Part shown: in pieces, positions 55,303 to 64,000 of the stretch
How positions within the stretch are numbered: position 1 is the first letter of the stretch
How the letters are laid out: every line of letters starts with the position of its first letter
From: Dehalococcoidia bacterium
GTDB taxonomy: Bacteria; Chloroflexota; Dehalococcoidia; UBA2979
NCBI GenBank assembly: GCA_964291495.2
Contig: OZ219871.1
Coordinates: forward strand, 960,001-1,024,000
Direction of reading: 5' to 3'
DNA: 64,000 nt
Translations under genes and position numbers: made by a program
Notes under the pieces: model-generated
What the model was told of the DNA's origin: nothing
What the model saw: only the letters and a program-made list of their open reading frames with translations
Database searches by the model: none

Positions 55303-56244
55303 ATGGCGAACGTCCAGACCCTGCGCGGCGAGCTGGAGACGAGCGCCCTCGGCTTCACGCTCATGCACGAGCATCTCTTCCTCCAGTCGCCCGCGCTCTA
55401 CGACAACTACCCGCAGCTCTTCGACCGCGAGGCCGAGGTCGCCGCTGCGGCGGCCTTCTGCGAGGAGGCGCGCGCGGCCGGCGTCGACACGATCGTCGAC
55501 GTCACGACCGTGGACCTCGGGCGCGACATCCGCCTGATGGCGGAGGTCGGCGAGCGGACGGAGCTGCAGGTGATCGCCGCGACCGGGGTGCATCTGCGGG
55601 TGCCGAACTACTTCCGCCGCCGGACGCCGGACCGCGTCGTCGAGCTGTACCTGCACGACATCAACGTCGGCATCGCCGGCACCTCGATCCGCGCGGGCGC
55701 GCTCAAGATCGCCACCGAGGAGTACGAGCCGGACGACGAGCTGCAGCTGCGCGCGATCGCCCTCGCGCACCGCGCGAGCGGCGTCCCGATCATGACGCAC
55801 AGCAACCCGTTCGCCGGCTCCGGCAACGACCAGCAGCGGGTCTTCGCCGCCGAGGGCGTCAACCTCACGCGTGTCGTGATCGGCCACTCCGGCGACTCGA
55901 TGGACCTCGACTACCTGAGCGGGCTGATGGAGCGCGGCAGCACGATCGGGATGGACCGCTTCGGATCCGGCCTCAACGCGACGACCGAGGAGCGGACCGC
56001 GACCATCGCGGCGCTCTGCGAACGCGGCTACGCCGACCGCATGGTGCTGAGCCACGACACCTCGCCGCACATGCAGGGCGTGCCTCGCGAGGTCGTCGAC
56101 CGCGCGCTTCCGGAGGCGAACTTCCTGACGATCCCCAACATCGTGGTCCCCGGCCTGCGCCGCCTCGGCGTCCCCGAGGACCAGATCGAGGCGATGACCA
56201 CCGGCAACCCGCGCCGCATCTTCGAGGCGAAGGGGGCGTACTGA
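55303..56244 (+). CDS. Phosphotriesterase-related lactonase
   Basis: LMHEH, GRD, LKIA, MTH, IGHS, MDRFG, LSHD. Confidence 0.92.
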   Translation: MANVQTLRGELETSALGFTLMHEHLFLQSPALYDNYPQLFDREAEVAAAAAFCEEARAAGVDTIVDVTTVDLGRDIRLMAEVGERTELQVIAATGVHLRVPNYFRRRTPDRVVELYLHDINVGIAGTSIRAGALKIATEEYEPDDELQLRAIALAHRASGVPIMTHSNPFAGSGNDQQRVFAAEGVNLTRVVIGHSGDSMDLDYLSGLMERGSTIGMDRFGSGLNATTEERTATIAALCERGYADRMVLSHDTSPHMQGVPREVVDRALPEANFLTIPNIVVPGLRRLGVPEDQIEAMTTGNPRRIFEAKGAY

Positions 56245-56267
56245 GCGCGAGCGCACCGCGCAGCCTG

Positions 56268-56656
56268 CTGCGGGGGGCGCGCCCCCCACACCCCCATCCC
56301 GGACGAGCGAGCGCTGCGCGCCGCTCGGACCCGCCCACCCGCCCCGGATTCTTTTCTCTGTGGGGGGCTTTGCCCCCCACGCCCCCCTTCACTCCGCCGC
56401 ACACCCCGTCATGCTTGGGCCGGTCCGATTCCCTCTTCAGGGGGAGCGGGCGAGGATGAAGGGCTCACCGGAGTCCCGAGAGCGGATCCGGCCCCCTCTC
56501 CCCGCGGGAGAGGGCGGGGGGTGAGGGAGGCGCACGCAACGAGCCTTCCGAGGGCGCTCGCGGGCCTGCCGCACCTGGATTCCGGCGTTCGCCGGAATGA
56601 CGGGAAAGGCGGATCCGGTCCCCTCTCCCCTCGCGGGAGAGGGCTAGGGTGAGGGG
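56268..56656. repeat. Cluster of REP-like palindromic repeats of three types
   Basis: 2x GGGGGGC-N-GCCCCCCAC; 2-3x CCCTCTCCC-N-GGGAGAGGG..GGTGAGGG; 1x CTGGATTCCGGCGTTCGCCGGAATGAC. Confidence 0.8.
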
Positions 56657-57456
56657 AACTCCGGCTCCAGCGGCCGCTCCAGCCACTCGAGGATCGCCTC
56701 GGCGGTCTCGCGCCAGCCGACATCGAGCATCATGCCGTGCGGGACGCCCTCGAGGATCCTGCACTCGGCGCCGTACCCCTCCGCGATGCGGCGGAGCGCC
56801 GAGGGACGCACGAAGTAGTCGTCGGCTCCGCCGAGCACCAGCATCGGGACGCCACGGATGCGTGCGCGGTCCGGGCGGGTATAGACCAGCTGCAGCAGGG
56901 CGCGGAAGGACTCGGGGCCCTGGCGGGCCGCGTACTCGCGCACCCGCTCCTCGGCCAGCTCGGGCGAGAAGAAGAACTTGCGGGCGAGCTCGGGCGCTCC
57001 GATCAACTTGCTCGCCCGCCCGGTGAGGATCACCTGCAGCGAACGCCACGGATGGTCGAGGGGCATGCGCGCGGCCGGGCGGAGCACCCCGCCCCGCGTC
57101 GGGGGAGCGAGCAGCACCGCGGCGGGCGCCTCGTGGGTCTCGATGTACGTCTGCACCACCCGACTGCCCATCGAGTGGCCGATCACCACCGGCTCGCGTG
57201 GCAGGCTCGATGCCACCCGCGCGACATCGCTCACGTAGTCGGCGATCGAGGTCCAGCGCAGGCGCTCGCGGCCACCGCTCCGCCCGTGCCCGCGCAGGCT
57301 CAGCGCGTACGAGTCGAAGCCTCGAGCGGCGAAGAAGTCGAGGAAGTGCTCGTCCCAGCACCACGCGCCGTGGCCCGCCCCGTGCACGAACAGCAGCGGC
57401 GGCCGGTTGGAGTCTTCGGCCGGTGCTTTCGCGATGACCTCGAGCTCGACTGTCAC
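56644..57456 (-). CDS. Alpha/beta hydrolase
   Basis: FVHGAGHGAWCW, SLRGHG, GHSMG, GGADD, PHGMML. Confidence 0.9.
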   Translation of the reverse strand: MTVELEVIAKAPAEDSNRPPLLFVHGAGHGAWCWDEHFLDFFAARGFDSYALSLRGHGRSGGRERLRWTSIADYVSDVARVASSLPREPVVIGHSMGSRVVQTYIETHEAPAAVLLAPPTRGGVLRPAARMPLDHPWRSLQVILTGRASKLIGAPELARKFFFSPELAEERVREYAARQGPESFRALLQLVYTRPDRARIRGVPMLVLGGADDYFVRPSALRRIAEGYGAECRILEGVPHGMMLDVGWRETAEAILEWLERPLEPEFPSP

Positions 57457-57578
57457 GGCGCAGACCCGCCCCGCGCTTCATCGTGAAGCGCCGCTGCATC
57501 TATAGTCCAGCGGACCATCCGGACTCCCCGAGTCCGGGCGCTGGGCAAACTGACCGCGGCAGATCGGGAGGAGCAGCG

Positions 57579-58802
57579 ATGAGCGAGGGCGCCCTCGAGG
57601 GATTGCGCATCCTCGACCTCTCGCAGGGGGTCGCCGGGCCCTACTGCACCAAGCTGCTCAGCGACTACGGCGCCGACGTGCTCAAGATCGAGCGGCCCGA
57701 CGGCGGCGACCCCGCGAGGCGCGCCGGGCCGTTCCCGGACGACGAGCCGCACCCCGAGCGCAGCGGGCTGTTCCTCGACCTCAACACCGGCAAGCGCAGC
57801 CTCACGCTCAACCTCAAGACCGAAAGCGGGCAGCGCATCCTGCGCCGCCTCGCCGCCTGGGCCGACGCCGTCGTCGAGAGCTTCAGGCCCGGCACGCTCG
57901 CCCGCCTCGGCCTGAGCGACGAGCAGCTCGCCGAGGTCAACCCGGCCGCCGCGCTCGTCTCGATCTCCAACTTCGGGCAGCACGGGCCGTACCGCGACTT
58001 CGAGGCCGACGACATGCTGCTCTACGCGATGGGCGGCGCACTGGCCGTCACCGCCTACCCCGGCCGCGAGCCGAACCGGCCCTGGCTCTACGCCCCGCTC
58101 TTCCTCGCGGGCGCGATGTCCGCCTCGTACAGCCTCGGCGCGATCACCGCGAGCGTCCGCCTCGGCGCCGGCGAGCGGGTCGACATCTCGATCCAGGACG
58201 CGCTCGCCTGCTCGCTCGACCGCGCCACGCAGAACGTGATGGCGCACTCGTACGGCGGCGAGCTGTTCGTCACCGAGGACTGCAACCTGCGCGCCAGCGC
58301 CTTCCCCAACGGCGTCTACGGCGGCCAGCTGCCTTGCAAGGACGGCTACGTCAACTTCCTCTGCTACCCCTACTGGTGGGACCGCTTCTGCCGCATGGTC
58401 GGCCGCGAGGACCTGATCGACGACACCAGCTACTCCGACAACCTGCTCGACCCCGAGTTCGGCCCGCAGATCGACGCGCTGCTCTACCCCTGGCTGCTGG
58501 AGCGCACCAAGATCGAGGTGATGGACGCCGCACAGGAGCAGGGCGTACCCGTCGCCGCGCTCAACACCACCGAGGACCTCTTCGCCGACCGCCAACTGCG
58601 CGCGCGCGGCTACTTCGTCGAGCTCGATCACCCGGAGACCGGCCCCCGCGAGTACCCCGGCGCGCAGTTCAAGATGAGCGAGACGCCCGCCTCGATCCGC
58701 CGCGCGCCCCTGCTCGGCGAGCACACCATGGAGGTGCTCACCGGGCTGCTCGACTACACCCCCGAGGACGTCTCGATCCTGAGGCAGCGCGATGTCGTCT
58801 GA
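57579..58802 (+). CDS. Family III CoA-transferase subunit, catalytic Asp apparently absent
   Basis: LEGLRILDLS..AGP, LNTGKRS, ESFRPG, APLLGEH. Confidence 0.92.
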   Translation: MSEGALEGLRILDLSQGVAGPYCTKLLSDYGADVLKIERPDGGDPARRAGPFPDDEPHPERSGLFLDLNTGKRSLTLNLKTESGQRILRRLAAWADAVVESFRPGTLARLGLSDEQLAEVNPAAALVSISNFGQHGPYRDFEADDMLLYAMGGALAVTAYPGREPNRPWLYAPLFLAGAMSASYSLGAITASVRLGAGERVDISIQDALACSLDRATQNVMAHSYGGELFVTEDCNLRASAFPNGVYGGQLPCKDGYVNFLCYPYWWDRFCRMVGREDLIDDTSYSDNLLDPEFGPQIDALLYPWLLERTKIEVMDAAQEQGVPVAALNTTEDLFADRQLRARGYFVELDHPETGPREYPGAQFKMSETPASIRRAPLLGEHTMEVLTGLLDYTPEDVSILRQRDVV

Positions 58803-60144
58803 GGGCGCACCCGAAACCCGCACCGAGGCGCGGCTGCCCCTGGAGGGCGTGCGCGTGCTCTCCCAGGCGATCGTCTGGGCCGGACCGGCGGCGAGCCTGA
58901 TCCTCGCCGACCTCGGCGCCGAGGTGATCGAGATCGAGTCGATCCAGCACGTCAACCCGACGCGCTCGAACTACCGCTACCTGCCTGAGCTGTACCTGCA
59001 GGGTCCCTTCGGCGCGCTCTACGTCGACCGCGACCCGAGCGAGGGGTTCTGGAACCGCAACGCTCACTTCAACTACTCGAAGCGCGGTCACAAGAGCGTC
59101 ACGCTGGACATCGACCGGCCCGAGGGCATCGAGCTGCTGCGCGAGCTGGTGCGCGTCTCCGACGTGTACATCGAGAACAACGCGGCGGGAGTCGTCGAGA
59201 AGTTCGGGCTGGATTACCCGCGGCTGGCCGAGCTGAACCCGCGCATCATCCAGGCGCGCTTCCCCGGCTTCGGGACCACCGGCCCCTACCGCGGCTTCAA
59301 GGGCTTCGCGCCCACGATGGACGCTCTCGGGGGCCACACCTTCCTGCGCGGCTACCGCGACAGCGACCCCTCGTACACCCCGGGCGTCGCGCACGGCGAC
59401 CCCAACGCCGGCATCCACGTCGCCTTCGCCGTGCAGGCCGCGCTGTTCGCGCGCGAGCGCACCGGCCGAGGGCAGCTGATCGACCTCTCGCACGTCGAGG
59501 CGGGGCTGCACCACGTCTCGTGGGCGCTGATGGACTACTCCTTCAACCGGCGCGTGCGCGGCACCTTCGGCAATCGCCACCCCTCGAAGGCGCCGAGCGG
59601 CGTCTTCCGCTGCCTCGACGCGCCGGGCGAGCAGAGCGAGTCGAGCCGCCGGCGCTGGGTGGCGATCGCCGTCGACAGCGACGAGCAGTTCGCCGCGCTC
59701 GCCGCCGAGATGGGCGCGCCGGAGCTGGCCCGCGACCCGCGCTTCGCGACCTCGGACGTGCGCCACGAGCACCAGGACGAGCTGGAGCCGCTGATCGAGG
59801 CGTGGACCTCGCAACACGTCGCGCGCGAGCTGATGGAGCGGCTGCAGGCCGCGGGCGTGCCGGCCACCGAGCTGCTGCGCCAGGAGGAGCTGCGCGAGAA
59901 CGAGCACCTGCGCGAGCGCCGCTTCTGGCAGGAGGTCGACCACCCGCAGGCGGGAACGCACAGCTACCCCGCCCCGGTCGCCCGCTTCCGCGAGCGCCCG
60001 TTGCGCATCCGCAGCCACGCGCCGCTGCTCGGCCAGCACAACCGCGAGGTGCTGCAAGACCTCCTCGGCGTCAGCGACGAGCGCTACCAGCAACTCCTCG
60101 ACGCCCAGATCATCGGCGACGCCTACCTCGCGGACGCGACGTAG
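58792..60144 (+). CDS. Family III CoA-transferase subunit
   Basis: WAGP, LADLGAEVI, HGDPNAG, APLLGQHN. Confidence 0.92.
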   Translation: MSSEGAPETRTEARLPLEGVRVLSQAIVWAGPAASLILADLGAEVIEIESIQHVNPTRSNYRYLPELYLQGPFGALYVDRDPSEGFWNRNAHFNYSKRGHKSVTLDIDRPEGIELLRELVRVSDVYIENNAAGVVEKFGLDYPRLAELNPRIIQARFPGFGTTGPYRGFKGFAPTMDALGGHTFLRGYRDSDPSYTPGVAHGDPNAGIHVAFAVQAALFARERTGRGQLIDLSHVEAGLHHVSWALMDYSFNRRVRGTFGNRHPSKAPSGVFRCLDAPGEQSESSRRRWVAIAVDSDEQFAALAAEMGAPELARDPRFATSDVRHEHQDELEPLIEAWTSQHVARELMERLQAAGVPATELLRQEELRENEHLRERRFWQEVDHPQAGTHSYPAPVARFRERPLRIRSHAPLLGQHNREVLQDLLGVSDERYQQLLDAQIIGDAYLADAT

Positions 60145-60147
60145 GCG

Positions 60148-60975
60148 CTACGAGACCTCAATCTCCACGCGGCAATGGTCGCTGGGACCCCACTCCTCCG
60201 GCTCGTTCATCGCTCGCACGCTCACGGAGTCGGCTAGCTCCCTGGTGGCGAAGACGAAGTCCAGCTGCCGGGTCGCTGCGGCAGGACCCCCCTGCCGGAC
60301 CGTGTAGTACGTGGGCACGTTGGCGCTTTCCCGAGGAAGCTCTTTGGGCCACGGATCCGCCTGTCGCCCGTGAGGGTACTGAGGACCGACGAAGCGCAGA
60401 CCCAGCGCCTCCATTCTTTCGAACACGGTCCCGTAGCGCGCGGCCCAGTATTCGCGCCCGTGCTCGCCGTGGCCGTGGAGGATGTTGAGGTCTCCGGCAG
60501 CGAGGACATGCGGGCCATTCCGGCGCCGCACGAACGAGGACAGGTCGGAGACCAGGCGATGAGCCGAGGCGTCCGAGACGATCCCCCTGCTCCCGGTGGA
60601 TGGGTGCAACCTCGTCCAGAGCGAGTACATGGAGACGGCGACGAACGGATCGACGTCCGGTGCGCTCACGATGGCGGCCGCGATTGTTCCTTGCCGGCTG
60701 ACGGCGAACTCCCCGCCGCGCGCCTCCTCGAGCGGCTTCGCCTCGATCCACTCCACACTGACGCGATCGGAGAGCTTTGCAATAGCCGTCCGCCATGTCC
60801 GGTCGCGCGCGGCGGCGGTGCGCCAGGGGGCGGGATCCACGTCGACCTGGCTCGCGATCCCACGGGGCGGCGGGCGGGCCTCCTGCAGGAGCGCGATGTC
60901 CGCATCCATGTCAGTGAGGACATGCCAGGGCTTCCTGCGGCCCGCGATGTTCCACGAGACGATCTTTATTGACAC
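60148..60975 (-). CDS. EEP family protein, paralog of 32328..33017
   Basis: IVSWN, ALLQEA, AGDLN, QLDFVFA, WGPSDHC. Confidence 0.87.
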   Translation of the reverse strand: MSIKIVSWNIAGRRKPWHVLTDMDADIALLQEARPPPRGIASQVDVDPAPWRTAAARDRTWRTAIAKLSDRVSVEWIEAKPLEEARGGEFAVSRQGTIAAAIVSAPDVDPFVAVSMYSLWTRLHPSTGSRGIVSDASAHRLVSDLSSFVRRRNGPHVLAAGDLNILHGHGEHGREYWAARYGTVFERMEALGLRFVGPQYPHGRQADPWPKELPRESANVPTYYTVRQGGPAAATRQLDFVFATRELADSVSVRAMNEPEEWGPSDHCRVEIEVS

Positions 60976-60985
60976 TCGACAGCCC

Positions 60986-62296
60986 CTACCGCCCCACAGC
61001 ACCGTCCGGCACGTTGCGGGTGACGCCGAGGGCGGCGAGGTGGGCGATCTCGGACTCGGAGAGGCCTGCTACGTCGCGCAGCACCTCCTCGGTGTGCTCG
61101 CCGAGCATCGGGGCGGGGCGGGGCGTCCAGCCGGGGGTGCGGCTCAGCTTGAAGGGGCGGCTGAGGTGCGGGATCAGGCCCGCCGCCGGGTGGTCCACCG
61201 GCTCCCAGAAGCCGCGCGCCTCCAGCTGCGGGTCCTCCAGCAGCGTGTCGCCTCGATGCACCATGCCGGCCGCGACGCCGAGCGCCTGCAGCTGCTCCGT
61301 CAGCTCGCGCGACTCGCGCTCCCGCGTCCAGGCGGCGATCAGCGCGTCCAGCTCGTCGTGGCGGCGGCGCCGACTGAGCAGCGTCGCGAAGCGCGCGTCC
61401 GAGGCCAGCCCGGGGCCGCCGATTAGCTCCGCGAGCGCCTGCCACTCGGCGTCCGAGCGCACGGTGATCGTGACCCAGGTGTCCTCGCCCGCGCTCGGGT
61501 AGACGCCCTGCGGAGCGTGGACGTCGTGGCGGTTGCCCTGCGGCCCGCGCACGCGGCCGTTCATCGTGTAGTCCAGCAGCATCTCCGGCACGATCGAGGT
61601 CGTGACCTCGCGTTGCGAGAGGTCGACGAACGTGCCCTCGCCGGTGCGGTCGCGGCGGCGCACGGCCGCGAGGATCGCGCCGACGCCGAGCATCGCGACG
61701 ACCGGATCGGGGAAGAAGGTGCCGGAGGTCTTTGGCGGACCGCCGTGGTAGCCGGTGATCGAGGCGATCCCGGCGGTTTGCTCGAGGATCGCGCCGTATG
61801 AGCCGTAGGAGCGCTCCGGCCCCGTCGCGCCCTGGCTGGAGAAGGAGACGTAGACGATGTCCGGCTTCACCTCGCGGATCGCCTCGTAGCCCGCGCCGAG
61901 CCGCTCGAGCACCCCGAAGCGATAGCTTTCCGCGACCACGTCCGAGGCGGCGATGAGGCGCTTCAGCGTCGCGATGCCCTCGGGCATTGTGAGGTCCAGG
62001 CAGACGCCGCGCTTGCTGCGGTTGCGGTCGTTGAACAGGCCCGCGCGGTTCCACGGCTCGGCGCCGGGGTCGTCGTCGGGATAGATCGCGCTGCTCGCCT
62101 GCGGGTTGGGATCGCCTCGGGCGGTGTCCGTGCGGCGGCCGGACTCGACCTTGATCACGTCCGCGCCCATATCGCCGAGCAGCTTGAGCGCGAGCGGCCC
62201 CGCCCAGACCTGCGAGAGGTCGACGACGCGCAGCCCCTCGAGGGCGCCCCCTCCCACGCCACCGGAGGTGGTCTGCCCGGACTGCCCGGCAGCCAC
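60986..62296 (-). CDS. Family III CoA-transferase subunit
   Basis: VWAGP, GADVIKVES, NRSKR, FPDPVVA, APMLGEH; TAGTG coupling. Confidence 0.9.
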   Translation of the reverse strand: MAAGQSGQTTSGGVGGGALEGLRVVDLSQVWAGPLALKLLGDMGADVIKVESGRRTDTARGDPNPQASSAIYPDDDPGAEPWNRAGLFNDRNRSKRGVCLDLTMPEGIATLKRLIAASDVVAESYRFGVLERLGAGYEAIREVKPDIVYVSFSSQGATGPERSYGSYGAILEQTAGIASITGYHGGPPKTSGTFFPDPVVAMLGVGAILAAVRRRDRTGEGTFVDLSQREVTTSIVPEMLLDYTMNGRVRGPQGNRHDVHAPQGVYPSAGEDTWVTITVRSDAEWQALAELIGGPGLASDARFATLLSRRRRHDELDALIAAWTRERESRELTEQLQALGVAAGMVHRGDTLLEDPQLEARGFWEPVDHPAAGLIPHLSRPFKLSRTPGWTPRPAPMLGEHTEEVLRDVAGLSESEIAHLAALGVTRNVPDGAVGR

Positions 62297-63492
62297 TAGA
62301 TCACCCCCGCGCCGCGCATCCGCGCGAGCTCGGCGGCGTCGCAGCCGAGCAGCTCGCCGTAGACCTCGGCGTTGTGCTCGCCCAGCAGTGGGGCGCGGCG
62401 CAGCGGCGGGCGCTCCGTACCGAAGCGCAGCGGCAGGCCGGGGTAGAGCAGCGGCCCCGTCGTCGGGTGGTCGACCTCGCCGAAGAACTCGCGCTCGATG
62501 AACTGGGGCGACTCGATCAGGTCGGGCGCGGTGCAGACGTAGCCGGCCGGCCCCTGCACGGCCTGCACGGCGTGGTAGAGGTCCGCCTTGCGCTTGCCCT
62601 CGGTCCATTCGGCGATGATCTCGCGCAGTTCGGCCATGTTGTCGCGGCGCTGCCGCGTGCCCTCGAAGCGCGGATCGTGCTCGATGTCGGGTCGCCCGAT
62701 CAGCTCGCAGAAGCGCGGCCAGCGGGCCTGCGGGAACATCAGCCCGATGTAGCCGTCGTCCACCTCGAACATCGGCGCGTGGCCGGGGCCCCGGACGCGA
62801 ATCTCGCGCTTGTAGGCCCAGGCCGCGCCCGGGTACTCCTGCGCCGTCGCGATGCCCTCGAGCATCGAGACGTCGACGTGCTGGCCCTCGCCCGTCGCAT
62901 CGCGGTAGTGGAGGGCGAGCAGCGCGCCGCTGAAGGCCGAGAGCCCAGCGAAGAACTGCGCCGGCCGCCCGCCGATCTTGAGCGGCTCGCGGTCCTCGTC
63001 GCCGGCGATGTAGAGCGAGCCACCGAGGGCGAGCGCCGTCAGGTCCGACGCCTCCCAGTCGCGGTACGGCCCGCTCTGCCCGTAGTCCGTGACCGAGACG
63101 ACGATCACGCCCGGCCGGGCCGCTTCGAGCGCCTCATGGCCGAGCCCCCAGGCGTCGAGCTGCCCGGGCGCGAAGTCCTCGATCACGATGTCGGCCCACT
63201 CGGCGGCGAGCCGCCGGGCGATGGCGCGGCCGGAGGCCTGCGCGAGGTCGAGGGTGACGCTGCGCTTGCCGGTGTTGAGGTAGAGGAACAGCCCGCTCAG
63301 CTCCGGATGCGGCTCGTCTCCGGCGAACGGCGGAGCGGAGCGCGCGCGGTCGCCTCGGCCGGGCGCCTCGACGCTGATCACGTCGGCCCCGAGGGCGGCC
63401 AGCAGCTTGGTGCAGAACGGCCCGGCGACGCCCTCGGAGAGATCGAGGACGCGGACGTCGTCGAGCGCCTCACTCGTCACGGGCAGCGCCAT
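62296..63492 (-). CDS. Family III CoA-transferase subunit, catalytic Asp apparently absent
   Basis: VLDLSEGVAGP, LNTGKRS, APLLGEHN. Confidence 0.92.
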   Translation of the reverse strand: MALPVTSEALDDVRVLDLSEGVAGPFCTKLLAALGADVISVEAPGRGDRARSAPPFAGDEPHPELSGLFLYLNTGKRSVTLDLAQASGRAIARRLAAEWADIVIEDFAPGQLDAWGLGHEALEAARPGVIVVSVTDYGQSGPYRDWEASDLTALALGGSLYIAGDEDREPLKIGGRPAQFFAGLSAFSGALLALHYRDATGEGQHVDVSMLEGIATAQEYPGAAWAYKREIRVRGPGHAPMFEVDDGYIGLMFPQARWPRFCELIGRPDIEHDPRFEGTRQRRDNMAELREIIAEWTEGKRKADLYHAVQAVQGPAGYVCTAPDLIESPQFIEREFFGEVDHPTTGPLLYPGLPLRFGTERPPLRRAPLLGEHNAEVYGELLGCDAAELARMRGAGVI

Positions 63493-63542
63493 CGAGGCTC
63501 CCTCCGGCGGCGCTCACCTTACCGCGAGGCTCGCCCGGCCGC

Positions 63543-64000
63543 CTACGTCAGCGCCTCGATCTCCTCGGCGCTGAAGCCAGCCTCCGTCAGCACCTCGACG
63601 GTGTCGCGGCCGAGGGGCGGCGCCGCCCGGCGCGCGCCGGTCGCGCTCTCCGACATCTCGACGAGCGAGCCGACGATGCGCTCGGGGCCGGTCAACTCGT
63701 GCTCGAGGCTCGAGGTCGAGCAGCAGCCCCAGCGCCTCGAGCTGCGGCTCGTCGGCGACCTCCTCGGGCAGGTTGACCCGCGAGGCGGGCGCGCCGGCCG
63801 CGTCGAGCGCCTCCATCCACTCGTCCATCGTGCGCTCGCGCATGATCGCGCGGATGCGCTCGCGGACCTGTTCGATCACCGGCCAGTTGTCGGGGTCGAG
63901 CGCGTTGAAGTCCGGATCGGCGGTCGGGTCGTCCTCGATGCCGAGGGCGGTGCGGATCTGGTCGCGGTTCTCCGCGCTGACCGCGCCGAGCACGATCGCG
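63543..64000 (-). pseudogene. 3' part of a further family III CoA-transferase, frameshifted by a 7-bp duplication
   Basis: ...EPQLEALGLLLDLE continues in another frame as HELTGPERIVGSLVEMS...APPLGRDTVEVL; gctcgaggctcgag at about 63701-63714. Confidence 0.7.

Overview
GC-rich bacterial chromosomal window. Gene content suggests Chloroflexota, probably Dehalococcoidia-like (inference only): expanded acyl-CoA dehydrogenases, family III CoA-transferases, MaoC, Zn-ADH and NHL proteins, and Pro/Thr-stalk lipoproteins. Core genes are lipB-lipA-aceE-aceF-lpdA, two ispH copies, a heterodimeric ABC exporter, ABC-F, MMPL, two MFS and acyl-CoA catabolic clusters. I found no rRNA, tRNA, CRISPR array, integrase or intact transposase. 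Main unexplained structure: (i) seven type II TA-derived loci, three intact PIN modules and four toxin-less antitoxin loci, three of which keep a toxin-like stub at the coupled start codon; (ii) three tandem paralog pairs (DipZ-like, ispH, NHL), each enclosing passenger genes; (iii) two solitary EEP nuclease paralogs; (iv) a ~1.2 kb lower-GC islet with an IS5-like end, a Cas2/VapD-like plus membrane-protein pair and gene remnants; (v) CoA-transferases arranged as Asp-less plus Asp-bearing pairs; (vi) a mosaic REP-like repeat cluster. Three frameshifts occur, at least two of which may be sequencing errors. All family calls come from motif recognition by eye; no searches were run.
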